This document shows positions 41,911-51,967 of a stretch of 64,000 bases of DNA, one piece after another (within the stretch, counting starts at the first letter, position 1; each line of letters starts with the position of its first letter). Under the pieces are notes generated by a model. The model made no database searches. It saw only the letters and a list, made by a program, of their open reading frames with translations, and was not told the DNA's origin. Both the position numbers and the translations under genes were made by a program. Source of the DNA: Hormoscilla sp. (GTDB lineage: Bacteria; Cyanobacteriota; Cyanobacteriia; Cyanobacteriales; Desertifilaceae); contig JBFRWI010000217.1 of the NCBI GenBank assembly GCA_051439505.1, positions 1 to 64,000 on the forward strand. The letters are read 5' to 3'.

Positions 41911-43419
41911 CTACATACCAATATCCTTGACTAAAGCAGCTGTCTGCTGTAGGGTAACCAGGCTATTAGCGCAGAAAATGCCGGATGCGGCCACAGCGGG
42001 GACGCCAATGCCGGGCATGGTGCTGTCCCCGACGCGGTATAACCCAGCGATCGGCGTTCGCGGTCCGGGAAACATGCCTTGACCGGCGGCGATCGCGGGG
42101 CCGTAAGTCCCCCGATCGCGCCGCAAATAATGGGCGTGGGTTAAGGGGGTGCCGATCAGCTGCAAAACAATTCGTTGCCGCAAGTCGGGAATTATTCTCT
42201 CTAAGGCCCGGAATAAAGGTTGCGATCGCGCTTCTTTCTTCTGGCCATAAGTGCCATCGCGTTCCCATCCGGCAAAGGGTTCCAAGGTATAGGCATGAAT
42301 GACGTGATGTCCTGCTGGTGCCAGAGTTGGATCCCAGACAGAAGGAATAGAAATCATGCAGGTATTCCCCGGCGTGGCGATATCGACATCGGATGAATGC
42401 ACGACAACATGATGTCCTGTCAGATTTTCCAGTCCATCCGCTTTAATGCCCAAATGTAAATGCATGAAACTCTCAACTGCGGGAGTTGCTAATGCCTGAC
42501 GGCGGTATGAGGGGGGTAAATCTTCCGGTTGCAGCAGTTTGCTATAGGTATCCCAAATTGTCGCATTGGAAATTACGATGGGGGCGGAAATAATTTCTCC
42601 TTTCCGCAAGCGCACCCCCGCGACTTTACCATTTTCGATCAGAATTTGCTCCACGTGGGCCCCCAAACGCAACTGTCCCGACCAGCGTTTTAACCCTCGC
42701 ACTAAAGCATCGACGATCGCGCCACTGCCACCTACAGGATAATCGATAATGGAATTACTCCGTTCTCCCAACATGAATGCTACTTCCGGGGCGATCGTAC
42801 CTGCTGCTTTCAAGCCTGAAAGTAAGAAACATTCTAGATCGATTAGCCGCCGCACCCAGCGATCGCGTACCGTGCGGTCCATTATCTGGCCCACGGAACT
42901 ATTAATTATCCCCAACTGGGGCAGCAATTGCCAGAGAGAAGGCAAATAGCGCCCCAGCAACAGGGGAATCACATTTAAATCTGCCCGGAGGGCGATGGTG
43001 GGAATGCCCCGCAGGGCCTGATAAAGTTTCAGCAACCGGCGTTCAAATTGCTCTAGTTCTTTTGCCCCTTGGGGGGTAATTTGGGCAACAGCCGATCGGT
43101 AACGTTGGCCATTGCCGTAAACTGGAAAAGTGCCCTCGGGAAAATGATAATGTCCCAGGGGATCGTAGGCCACTGCTGGCACTGATTCTTCCAGGACATC
43201 CAGCACTTGTCGCAAGGGATTGAGAGAATGGCGATCGCTCAAACCGCAGTAAAAGGAAGGACCGGAATCAAATTGAAATCCTTGGCGGGAGAAGCTGTGG
43301 GCCGCACCCCCAGCAATACCGTGACTTTCGCATACTAGGACATCTTTACCGTAGCGGGCCAGGAGGCTTGCTGCCACTAACCCCCCAATGCCGCTACCAA
43401 TGACGATCGCGTCTGGCAT
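41911..43419 (-). CDS. Phytoene desaturase/carotenoid isomerase (CrtH/CrtISO-like) FAD oxidoreductase
   Basis: VIGSGIGG, FDSGPSF, GDSTMPGIGVPAVAASG. Confidence 0.85.
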   Translation of the reverse strand: MPDAIVIGSGIGGLVAASLLARYGKDVLVCESHGIAGGAAHSFSRQGFQFDSGPSFYCGLSDRHSLNPLRQVLDVLEESVPAVAYDPLGHYHFPEGTFPVYGNGQRYRSAVAQITPQGAKELEQFERRLLKLYQALRGIPTIALRADLNVIPLLLGRYLPSLWQLLPQLGIINSSVGQIMDRTVRDRWVRRLIDLECFLLSGLKAAGTIAPEVAFMLGERSNSIIDYPVGGSGAIVDALVRGLKRWSGQLRLGAHVEQILIENGKVAGVRLRKGEIISAPIVISNATIWDTYSKLLQPEDLPPSYRRQALATPAVESFMHLHLGIKADGLENLTGHHVVVHSSDVDIATPGNTCMISIPSVWDPTLAPAGHHVIHAYTLEPFAGWERDGTYGQKKEARSQPLFRALERIIPDLRQRIVLQLIGTPLTHAHYLRRDRGTYGPAIAAGQGMFPGPRTPIAGLYRVGDSTMPGIGVPAVAASGIFCANSLVTLQQTAALVKDIGM

Positions 43420-43486
43420 AGTTCTTTATTCATCTACATCAGAGATAATATAACATTCCCAAGGAGCGATCGCCAAGGATGACGAT

Positions 43487-43718
43487 CAATACTTCTCGGT
43501 TAATGATATAGGTTGTCATTGCGAGGGGGGGGGACGTAGCGACTAACTTAATACTCAATTGAGTTAACCCCCCCGAAGCAATCCCCTCGTCCCATATGAG
43601 ATGAAGAATGTTTTGGCGTCGTCGGTGAGATTGCTTCGGGGGGATCGGTGGCGAGCAGCGGAACAATGTTGGTTTGGTAACCCCCTCGCAATGACAGTTT
43701 ATTAACCGAGAATTATTA
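43487..43718. mobile_element. MITE with about 18-bp TIRs and 10-bp TSD enclosing a TGTCATTGCGAG palindromic element
   Basis: TIRs CAATACTTCTCGGTTAAT / ATTAACCGAGAATTATTA; flanks GGATGACGAT and GGACGACGAT. Confidence 0.75.
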
Positions 43719-43776
43719 GGACGACGATCGCGAGCGTTCCTTGACCCTGCCCTTATTTTACTCCTTTGACTGAGTT

Positions 43777-44451
43777 ATGTCGAGCGAAAATCATATCAAT
43801 GGACTGGAACTAAAATCTCAGTGGCAATCTTTGCTACAATCTTTGCCACAAAAGGGCGATCGCCGAATAGGGAGCGGAGTTTTCTGGGAATTAGTTAATG
43901 CTTATTCCAGTGATGACCGGTTTTACCACGGTCTCGCTCATGTTAAATACATGCTAGACGCGATCGCCCCCTGGGAAAGCCAAGCCAACAATTACCCAGC
44001 CATTCAGTTAGCAGCTTGGTTCCACGATGCGATCTACAACCCCAAAGCCAAAGATAACGAAGAAAAAAGCGCCGCCTATGCAGCCAAAGTATTAAAGAGA
44101 TTAAAAATATCGCCATCCACCATTGATGCTGTCACCCAGATGATCTTAAATACCAAACATCATCAAGGGGATCCAGAGGATATTGACAGTCAAATTCTGC
44201 TTGATGCCGATTTAGCCATCTTGGGAGAAGATGAATCATCTTATCGGTTTTATGCCAAAGGAATTCGCAGAGAATATGCTTGGTTAAGCTCTGAGGAATA
44301 TCGTTCAGGCAGAATAGATGTATTGAAAAAGCTTTTGCAGCGTCCGCGCATTTATTTTACGGCTCAAATGTTCGAGCAACAGGAAGCAAAAGCCCGACAA
44401 AATATGCTGGCTGAAATTGAATTACTTTGTTCGTCAGATAGGGATTTATAA
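43777..44451 (+). CDS. HD-domain metal-dependent phosphohydrolase
   Basis: RFYHGLAHV, WFHDAIY, LLDADLAILG. Confidence 0.85.
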   Translation: MSSENHINGLELKSQWQSLLQSLPQKGDRRIGSGVFWELVNAYSSDDRFYHGLAHVKYMLDAIAPWESQANNYPAIQLAAWFHDAIYNPKAKDNEEKSAAYAAKVLKRLKISPSTIDAVTQMILNTKHHQGDPEDIDSQILLDADLAILGEDESSYRFYAKGIRREYAWLSSEEYRSGRIDVLKKLLQRPRIYFTAQMFEQQEAKARQNMLAEIELLCSSDRDL

Positions 44452-44662
44452 TTACATCGGATCAACTACTTGGCAGTTATTGCTGGGTCAAAAACCGTTG
44501 GTACAAGGAGACCTCTCGTGGGGGGTCAGAAGCCGGGTTTCTATGGAAATGGCTGCTTTTTGCCCCTAAATTGATCTCAGAAACCCGGTTTCTTGTCTCT
44601 TGGCTATCAACTACTTGTGACCACACCCATGGGAAACCTAAAACATAAACAGGATCGGTCTC

Positions 44663-44998
44663 CTATGAAACAGCGTATTTGGAATACTGGCGCATAGAGG
44701 GATGATGGAAACCAACCACGATTTCTTTCTTGGAAATGCCCATCTCTTCTAGGTCTTCATCAATTTCAAGATCGGTGTTGTTTTCTTGGACCCAGATTTT
44801 GCCATCTTTGATATCAAAGTGAAAAATACAGCAGTGAACCCGGCGGGTGTCATCCCAACCCGTGCGGAGCAAAAGGTAATGATCGTTGACTGTATCGAAA
44901 ATTAATTGAGTCTCCATCTCTGGCTGTTGGGATCCATAGTTGGAATACTCAGTCAGAAAGTTTTTCACGCACTGACGATAGTAATCTATTCTATCCAT
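44663..44998 (-). CDS. xisI: XisI family protein
   Basis: IFDTVNDHY...GW...HFDIKDGKIW...IVVGFH. Confidence 0.9.
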   Translation of the reverse strand: MDRIDYYRQCVKNFLTEYSNYGSQQPEMETQLIFDTVNDHYLLLRTGWDDTRRVHCCIFHFDIKDGKIWVQENNTDLEIDEDLEEMGISKKEIVVGFHHPSMRQYSKYAVS

Positions 44999-45061
44999 AG
45001 GGCGGGTTCCTGGTTTTTGGGGTTGTACCGTATCAACTTTAGAGGATATCTTTTCAGAACT

Positions 45062-45403
45062 TCAACAACTGGCAAATTCAGTCAGAGGTCGCTTGCTAGG
45101 ATGCTGAAAGCCTAGAACGATATCTTCGGGGGGGACTCCCGCATCTAGCAACTCATTGGCAATGCCTTGTTTCGTCCAATCTTCTTCAATCCAGATTTTA
45201 CCTCGATCGATCCTCAGATAAACTGTCACTCCAAAATCTCGACGCTTACCGTCCCAGCCTACATTGAACCAGAAGTAGTGCCCCCGTTCTTCATCAAAGG
45301 AAACACACTGGGTTACTCCAGGTTGATTTGCACCGGCAGCCCATTGCCGATATTCTATCAGGATCTTTTGCACGATCTGGCGGTAATCAGCTAGCTTATC
45401 CAT
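45062..45403 (-). CDS. xisI: XisI family protein
   Basis: MDKLADYRQIV...GKIWIEEDWT...DIVLGFQHP. Confidence 0.9.
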   Translation of the reverse strand: MDKLADYRQIVQKILIEYRQWAAGANQPGVTQCVSFDEERGHYFWFNVGWDGKRRDFGVTVYLRIDRGKIWIEEDWTKQGIANELLDAGVPPEDIVLGFQHPSKRPLTEFASC

Positions 45404-45807
45404 TCCACGATCTCCTGTCCTTCGATATCCACAACCAGTAGGTTAATTTGACTCTTTCTGGTTAAAAACGCAATCCCTTCCCGCTTGAATAGGTTCTCAT
45501 AGATAATGTCGTCAATTGCCATATAAGACTGATATTCAGATGACCTTGCTTGCATCAGGCTGCGATAGACGACATGCTGCCCAACTGCATGGTGGAAGTC
45601 AATCATCAGCGATCGCCCGACAAATTTTTGAATGACAACTACGATTTTCCGTCCTTCTCGTTCAGCAGCGATCGGGCGAATATCCGTCTGCTGAGTATAC
45701 CAATCAACATCTTTATCTTGAATGCGGTAGGGGTCGGCAACAATTACCCAACCCGCTTTCATGAGGGCTGACTTGACTGCATCGTGATAGAGATCCTTGG
45801 CTGGCAT
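45391..45807 (-). CDS. xisH: XisH family protein with degenerate nuclease motif
   Basis: MPAKDLYHDAVK...IAAEREGRKI...FHHAVGQ; overlaps xisI. Confidence 0.85.
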   Translation of the reverse strand: MPAKDLYHDAVKSALMKAGWVIVADPYRIQDKDVDWYTQQTDIRPIAAEREGRKIVVVIQKFVGRSLMIDFHHAVGQHVVYRSLMQARSSEYQSYMAIDDIIYENLFKREGIAFLTRKSQINLLVVDIEGQEIVEWIS

Positions 45808-45834
45808 AGGGCTACACCTCCTCTTCTGGCATCC

Positions 45835-45864
45835 ATGATAATATATTATCTCACATTTTGTCAA
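45835..45864 (-). promoter_or_regulatory. Sigma70-type promoter upstream of xisH
   Basis: TTGACA-N18-TATCAT on the minus strand. Confidence 0.45.
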
Positions 45865-45875
45865 GGGGCATGAGA

Positions 45876-46346
45876 CTATTCAGCTTGCCAGGGTAGCCAG
45901 TCTTCGTCTAGGGCCTCTTCCAGGGTAAAACAGGGTTGTTCGGGGATGAGATTTGCCTCAAGTTTGCTAGCTTTGAGGAATGTATTTCTCCCTTTAGCAT
46001 ATTCCCGAGCAAAATTTTCCTGGATAAAGTTTTTGAGGCTGGGGCTATCTTTGAGAATATCCATAATCTCAATGCGAAAATTTATAATTTCCAAATTCCA
46101 GCTTCTAAAACACATTTCGCGCTCAGATTCCCAATATTTCATCTTGAGCAAGTGTTCGCAAAGTCGCCTTAAAAAGCTAGCTATTGCCCGTCGATCGCTT
46201 TGACCCAAAGTTTCTATCTCCTCAATTAAATTCTCTAGATCTATATTGGTAAAATCACCCACTCTCAACTGCGCCAGTATTTTCTCTAGCCACATTTGGT
46301 AGTCGGTTTCATATAGAGATGTTTTGACCTCTGTTTCCATGAGCAT
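45876..46346 (-). CDS. DUF29 family protein
   Basis: LYETDY..W...D.ENLIEEIE.LG...HLLK..YW...SPSLK...CFTLEEALDEDWLP. Confidence 0.9.
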   Translation of the reverse strand: MLMETEVKTSLYETDYQMWLEKILAQLRVGDFTNIDLENLIEEIETLGQSDRRAIASFLRRLCEHLLKMKYWESEREMCFRSWNLEIINFRIEIMDILKDSPSLKNFIQENFAREYAKGRNTFLKASKLEANLIPEQPCFTLEEALDEDWLPWQAE

Positions 46347-46610
46347 GGGTTTGTCTCTCCTTTTCATACAATACATTTTACAGGTCAGGGGTTATGGGGG
46401 CCGTAGGTGGTCTGCTGGGTCATTCGGTAGCTCTGGTGATAAGGATCTGAGTCAAATTATAACAATTGCAAGAGTTAGTTATCAAATCCCCGGAGCAAGT
46501 CCATGAGAGATTCAATGCAGCAGTTTCGCTGGCGGTGTTGTGGGGGCCTCCTGTGAGTGGTTGAGACATAGGTGCGGATGGGTGAATGAGTGGAATGGGT
46601 GGGGATGCGG

Positions 46611-47075
46611 TTATTCCGGTTGCCAGGGTAGCCAGTCTTCCTCTAGGGCCTCTTCCAGGGTAAAACAGGGTTGTTCGGGGATGAGATTTGCCTCAAGTCC
46701 GCTAGCTTTGAGGAAGATCTTTCTCCCATTACCATATTCCACCAGAAAATTATCCTGTAGATAGTTTTTCAAACTAGGACTGTTTTTGAGTCTTCTTTGG
46801 ATTTGCCGCCTAAAATTGGCGATCTCTGCCTCCCAGCCTCTCAAGCAATTTTCTCGTTCTGACTCCCAGTATTTCACTTTGAGTAGATGTTCGCAAAGCC
46901 TCATTAAATAGTTAGCAACTGCGTGCTTCTCACTTTTCCCCAAGTCTTCTATCTCCTCAATCAAATTCTCTAGATCTATATTCGTAAAATCACCCACTCT
47001 CAACTGCACCAGGATTTTCTCTAGCCACATTTGGTAGTCCGTTTCATATAAAGATGTTTTCACCTCGGTGCTCAT
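46611..47075 (-). CDS. DUF29 family protein (tandem paralog)
   Basis: Same motifs; both ends nearly identical to the neighbouring copy. Confidence 0.9.
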   Translation of the reverse strand: MSTEVKTSLYETDYQMWLEKILVQLRVGDFTNIDLENLIEEIEDLGKSEKHAVANYLMRLCEHLLKVKYWESERENCLRGWEAEIANFRRQIQRRLKNSPSLKNYLQDNFLVEYGNGRKIFLKASGLEANLIPEQPCFTLEEALEEDWLPWQPE

Positions 47076-47134
47076 GGTACCTCTCTCCTTTTCATACAGT
47101 TTACATGGCGATCGCGCGGCATGGCAGGCGATCG

Positions 47135-47392
47135 CTATCGCGCCAATATCCGTTCGGTATCATCGGCATTCATGCGTCTAATACTCCTCATCCCACCGAT
47201 ACCTCTCGTAAAACCGCACCTGATTTTAATTCTATGGGATCTGGTTCTAGATAAAGAGCGATCGCCGATACGAATATTTTCTAAAGCTTCTACTTCCGTT
47301 TCCCCAGCGGAAACGCAACCGGGTAATTCCGGACACCAAACCGCCCAATCCCCTGTTTCCGAATCTCTTTCAAGAATTACACGCCATTTCAT
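47135..47392 (-). pseudogene. Frameshifted hicB fused to a truncated hicA remnant
   Basis: PELPGCVSAGETEVEALENIR, +1 shift, then AIALYLEP...SVG* (stop 47188-47190). An overlapping ATG gives MRSIRRMNADDTERILAR* (18 aa). Confidence 0.8.
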
Positions 47393-47588
47393 AAGCTTTG
47401 TGCATTTGCATCAAGTTAAAACTTACTGTCTCTACTTTGACTGGCATCCGATCGGAGCCCCGTCTTTTCTTAGCTTAACCCATTATCCTGCCTCCTGTCA
47501 ACTGTATGACAAGAAAATTTTAAGAATTTTCCCCTCTGGTGTTGTGCTTGACGATACAAGGTTTTTTTCGGACGCTACGGACATCCGG

Positions 47589-50147
47589 TTACCATTGAAT
47601 AGGATCGACATCTACCATGATACTAACAGAATCGGGACAATGGCTGCGCAACTCCTGCAAATCTGGTAACTGTACGGGATTTACTGGAGAAAACTTCAGC
47701 AAAATATGCCAGCGATAGCGATTAGCTACCCGCATAATAGTAGCTGGAGCTGGTCCTAACAGTTGGTAATCATCATTCTCGGGAGTCAGCACCTCTGCCA
47801 ACTTTTGGGCAGTTGCTTCCACCTCTGCTAAATCTAAACCACTCACTCGTAATAAAATTAATCTTCCGTAGGGAGGATAATTGAACTCAGCCCGTTCTGC
47901 TAATTCCCGATCCACGAAAGACCAGTAATCATGATCCTGCACCGTTTGAATTACTGGATGTTCTGGCGAATAGGTCTGAATAATTACCTTACCAGGATCG
48001 TCATCGCCACGACCCGCACGACCTGCCACTTGCGCTAATATTTGAAATGCTCTCTCATTCGCTCGATAATCGGCAAAATTTAACAAGCCATCTGCGGAGA
48101 CCACCCCCACCAGAGTTACTGCGGCTAGATCTAGTCCTTTGGTAATCATTTGCGTTCCCACCAGGATATCGGCTTTCCCCTCAGAAAATTCCGTCAGCAA
48201 TCTCCGATGGGCATCTTTACTCCGAGTGGTATCGCTATCAAATCTGATGCACCGCAGGGATGGATAATGTTTAGCTAATTCCTGGGCAACTTTCTGCGTG
48301 CCGCTGCCGAAATGTTTCAGGTAGGGGGAATTACATTCCGGACATTGCTGTGGTTGAATTTCTGTATAATTGCAGTAATGACAGCGCAACAGTTGGGTTG
48401 CCCCTTCGTGAGTATAGTGATAGGAGAGGGAAATATCGCAGTGGGGACATTCCATCACGTAGCCGCAACTGCGGCAAGCAACAAAGGTACTGTGTCCCCG
48501 CCGATGAATAAATAAAATTCCCTGTTTCTTTTCCTCGATTAATCTTTGTAATTCTTTTTGCAGGGCCCGACTAAATATGGAGCGATTTCCGGCCTGTAAC
48601 TCTCGCCGCATATCCACTATTTCGACTGGCGGCATCGGGCGGTGGGCAATGCGTTTTGGTAGAGAAAGGTAATATTTATCAATGGCTTCCTCTGGACTCT
48701 CCAGTCCGGGAAAGGAGAGAAATTGGGCGCTGCGAGTTACACTTCCCCAGCTTGATAAAGAAGGGGTAGCGGAACCCAGGAGGAGGGGACAATTTTCTAA
48801 TTGGGCCCGCCAAGCAGCTACAGTGCGAGCATGGTATGTGGGACTGCGTTGGTCTTCCTTAAAGCTGCTGTCATGTTCTTCATCCAGGATAATTAAACCT
48901 AGCTTGGGTAGGGGGGCGAAAACAGCCGATCTCGTGCCAATTACGATTTGAGGAATGCCCATCAGCATTTGTCGCCAGGTATCGTAGCGTTCGCCATCGG
49001 AAAGGGCGCTGTGATAAACAAAAATTTTCCCCGAACCAAAACGGGCCCGAAATCGATCGGTCAGTTGGGGGGTAAGTCCAATTTCGGGAACCAGCACTAG
49101 GGCCGATCGCCCGCTATCTAAGATGGGGGCGATCGCCTGCAAGTAGACTTCCGTTTTTCCCGAACCGGTAACCCCGTGCAGCAACAGCAGGGAATATCTC
49201 GTTTGCTTGGTAATGGTATCGAGGGCTTTGGTTTGATCTGGGTTAAGGACTTTGGGGCGAGCGGGTTTTTGGGCGACTCCCAGATCGCGGCGCAACCGTT
49301 CCCGTTCTTCGATGGCAATGCAGCCTTTTTTTTCCAGGGCTTTGACTATACTAGAACTCGTTTTCGATATTTTTAGTAACTCAGACAACCACAACTCACC
49401 ATCCCGCTGCTTGAGAACTCCTAAGACTTCCTGCTGTCGCTTCGTCAATTCTTGAGTAAAAGTATCGCTAGTGAGAGTCACGGCTTTTTGCAGTTTTGGG
49501 CGGGAGAGTTTCGGCGGTTCCAGATAGCTTTGTACCCACCCACGCTGTAATAATGAATTTAATGGCCGATTAGCACCTTTCACCTGACCCTGGAGTGCTT
49601 TCCAGGAAATATCCTGCGTTTTGCTCGACTCCAGTACCTCCAGCAACTGTCGCGCCACCGGTGTGAGGAAGGGGTCATCGGCGATCGCCTTTCCCCCCGG
49701 ATAAGCAGAGGTGAGGCGGATGCGACGCTGGGCCTTCCCCAACAGTCCCGGCGGTAGAGCAATTCTAATCGCCCGCACCAGTTCTGTATGGTAGTAAGAC
49801 GCTACCCTATGTAATAGCTGCCAGTAGGTAGGCGGGAAGAACCCCGGATTGACGACATCTTTAACATCTTTAATTTTCTCGGGGGCCAAGTCAGCAGGGG
49901 GACTATCCAGCAGCCGAATGGCGATCGCCCCCAACTGCTGCTGTCCAAAGGGCACCTGCAATATATCCCCCTCCGACAGTGACAAATCTGGCGGAATGTG
50001 GTATGTGTATAACTTCTGACCCTGTTCCGATGCCCCCGCACAGTCCACTAAGACTTCTACCCACCTATCAGTGTTTGTCCCACAGTGGTAGTCCGAAGCC
50101 GATGATGCTACTGCTACCGATGATGGACTATAGTCCCGATTATACAT
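47589..50147 (-). CDS. priA: Primosomal protein N' (replication restart helicase)
   Basis: GVTGSGKTEVY, DEEH, Cys-rich Zn region, QVAGRAGR. Confidence 0.96.
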   Translation of the reverse strand: MYNRDYSPSSVAVASSASDYHCGTNTDRWVEVLVDCAGASEQGQKLYTYHIPPDLSLSEGDILQVPFGQQQLGAIAIRLLDSPPADLAPEKIKDVKDVVNPGFFPPTYWQLLHRVASYYHTELVRAIRIALPPGLLGKAQRRIRLTSAYPGGKAIADDPFLTPVARQLLEVLESSKTQDISWKALQGQVKGANRPLNSLLQRGWVQSYLEPPKLSRPKLQKAVTLTSDTFTQELTKRQQEVLGVLKQRDGELWLSELLKISKTSSSIVKALEKKGCIAIEERERLRRDLGVAQKPARPKVLNPDQTKALDTITKQTRYSLLLLHGVTGSGKTEVYLQAIAPILDSGRSALVLVPEIGLTPQLTDRFRARFGSGKIFVYHSALSDGERYDTWRQMLMGIPQIVIGTRSAVFAPLPKLGLIILDEEHDSSFKEDQRSPTYHARTVAAWRAQLENCPLLLGSATPSLSSWGSVTRSAQFLSFPGLESPEEAIDKYYLSLPKRIAHRPMPPVEIVDMRRELQAGNRSIFSRALQKELQRLIEEKKQGILFIHRRGHSTFVACRSCGYVMECPHCDISLSYHYTHEGATQLLRCHYCNYTEIQPQQCPECNSPYLKHFGSGTQKVAQELAKHYPSLRCIRFDSDTTRSKDAHRRLLTEFSEGKADILVGTQMITKGLDLAAVTLVGVVSADGLLNFADYRANERAFQILAQVAGRAGRGDDDPGKVIIQTYSPEHPVIQTVQDHDYWSFVDRELAERAEFNYPPYGRLILLRVSGLDLAEVEATAQKLAEVLTPENDDYQLLGPAPATIMRVANRYRWHILLKFSPVNPVQLPDLQELRSHCPDSVSIMVDVDPIQW

Positions 50148-50291
50148 ACCACCCCATAGAATAGATCGATCATGTGTTATTCTATCAAACTACGGACCCT
50201 GATAACACTCATGATGCCCCTTGCCATCTCGATCGGAAAATGCTTTGATTGTTTTGCACCCACTTTTTTGCCTGGCTAACCCCTGATAATT

Positions 50292-50305
50292 GTATCATGT
50301 AATAC
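50292..50305. promoter_or_regulatory. Candidate NtcA binding site upstream of the sigma factor
   Basis: GTATCATGTAATAC matches GTA-N8-TAC. Confidence 0.5.
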
Positions 50306-50477
50306 TTTTGTTAGAGAAGAGAAACATTCCAAAAGTAGCCGAGACTAAAAAGCTGTTACTAGCTGAGTTTAAGGGGGGATATAAATAAAAAAATAGTTAA
50401 TATAAGTAAATGCAATCTGGATAAAATTAACCTAAAATCACTAGAAAAAAGTAGTTTTTTAAGATCGAAGAGATAGC

Positions 50478-51566
50478 ATGTCCCAAATAAGTAATCATCA
50501 AGTGGCCATCATGGATGCAGATCGAGCAGATTTAGTCGGCAGTTCGTTGCCAGAAGAAAAATATGTTGCAGTTAGAGAGAGGAAGTCAAAGTCAGAAGGG
50601 AAAGAGAACAAGCTCCGCAAAGATGACACGATCGGCTCATTTCTCAAGCAAATGGCCCGCTATCCGCTACTAAAACCAGAAGAAGAGGTGTCTTTAGCCC
50701 GTAGTATTCGCTACCTGAAGGAAATAGAAGAACTTTCCCAGCGACTAGAGTCTCAATTGGGTTATTGGCCGACAGCAGCGGAATTGGCCCAGGCAGCAGG
50801 ATTAAGCGAAAAGCAGCTGGAAACGCGCCTGCATGATAGCAGGATGGCGAAAAAAAAGATGATTCGCGCGAATCTGCGATTGGTGGTGTCGATCGCCAAG
50901 CGATATTTAAATCGGGGAGTGCCATTCCTGGATCTAATTCAGGAGGGTGCCTTGGGTTTAGATCGAGCGACGGAGAAGTTCGATCCAGAAAAGGGCTACA
51001 AATTTTCCACCTACGCCTACTGGTGGATTCGTCAAGGGATTACCCGTACCCTGGCAAATCACGGGCGCACAATCCGGTTGCCAATTCATGTGGTGGAGAA
51101 GCTCAACAAGCTTAAAAAAGCTCAACGAAATCTCAGACAAGAACTACAGCGCAATCCGACTGAGCAAGAATTGGCAGCAGCGATAGAAGTTGACATCGAA
51201 CAGCTACGCTATCTACAGCAGGTACGCCGGAGTTCGATTTCTCTGAATCACCGCATTGGCAAAGAGCAAGACACGGAACTGTTGGAACTACTCGAAGATA
51301 GCAGTACCCGATCGCCCGAAGCGCAGATCAGCGAAATCATGATGCGTCAAGATCTGACGACGATCTTGTCAGAGGTGCTGACGGAGCGGGAAAACGATAT
51401 CATTTGCTTGCGTTATGGTTTATCTACGGGTGAAGTGTACACTTTAGAAGAAGTAGCTTCCCTGTTAAACCTGTCCCGGGAGCGCGTTCGTCAGATGCAA
51501 ACCCGAGCTATGCGTAAACTGCGTCGCCCTCAAGTGGCCCAACGCTTGAAAAATTGGCTGCGGTAG
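50478..51566 (+). CDS. sigE: Group 2 RNA polymerase sigma factor (SigE-like)
   Basis: ANLRLVVSIAKRY, KFSTYAYWWIRQGITR, EKLNKLKKAQR, SRERVRQ. Subgroup assigned from recalled sequence signature. Confidence 0.75.
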   Translation: MSQISNHQVAIMDADRADLVGSSLPEEKYVAVRERKSKSEGKENKLRKDDTIGSFLKQMARYPLLKPEEEVSLARSIRYLKEIEELSQRLESQLGYWPTAAELAQAAGLSEKQLETRLHDSRMAKKKMIRANLRLVVSIAKRYLNRGVPFLDLIQEGALGLDRATEKFDPEKGYKFSTYAYWWIRQGITRTLANHGRTIRLPIHVVEKLNKLKKAQRNLRQELQRNPTEQELAAAIEVDIEQLRYLQQVRRSSISLNHRIGKEQDTELLELLEDSSTRSPEAQISEIMMRQDLTTILSEVLTERENDIICLRYGLSTGEVYTLEEVASLLNLSRERVRQMQTRAMRKLRRPQVAQRLKNWLR

Positions 51567-51654
51567 GGGATGGGCACCAAGGGCGATCGCGTCTTCGGTG
51601 AGAAAAGGCAACCGACCTGTTAAGATGGAGCTAGATGTTGATTGTTATTAGCTT

Positions 51655-51921
51655 ATGGTGATTCAAGGTATCAAACGGGGACGCACGATCGAGCTGCTCT
51701 GGGATCTGGATATTGCCGACGGTGAAAAGGTGACGGTTGAGGTGATTCCGCAGCAGAAGCCGGGTAATTTATGGGAGGCCATGCTGAAGTGGCGTGAAGA
51801 ATATGGGGTCGAAGAACTGGATATCGATCCCGATGAGATTTGGGGAGACGTTCGCGATCGTTCCCCTGATGGAGGTCGTGAGTTTAGCTGGGATCTGGGA
51901 ATTAATTCTCGTGACGAATAA
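51655..51921 (+). CDS. Putative antitoxin whose toxin gene is deleted
   Basis: GIKRGRTIEL...VRDRSP..GRE pattern; followed by a PIN remnant. Confidence 0.6.
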   Translation: MVIQGIKRGRTIELLWDLDIADGEKVTVEVIPQQKPGNLWEAMLKWREEYGVEELDIDPDEIWGDVRDRSPDGGREFSWDLGINSRDE

Positions 51922-51967
51922 TGTTCGCGATTTTCAATATTTTGATGGCTTGGCGATCGAGAATTGA
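51902..51967 (+). pseudogene. C-terminal remnant of a VapC/PIN toxin
   Basis: LILVTNNVRDFQYFDGLAIEN*. Confidence 0.75.

Noticed and set aside
44663..45807. fdxN-type heterocyst excision element
   Set aside because: No recombinase and no interrupted target gene; xisH/xisI commonly occur on their own
45876..47075. Diversity-generating retroelement TR/VR pair
   Set aside because: Differences are not adenine-specific and no reverse transcriptase is present
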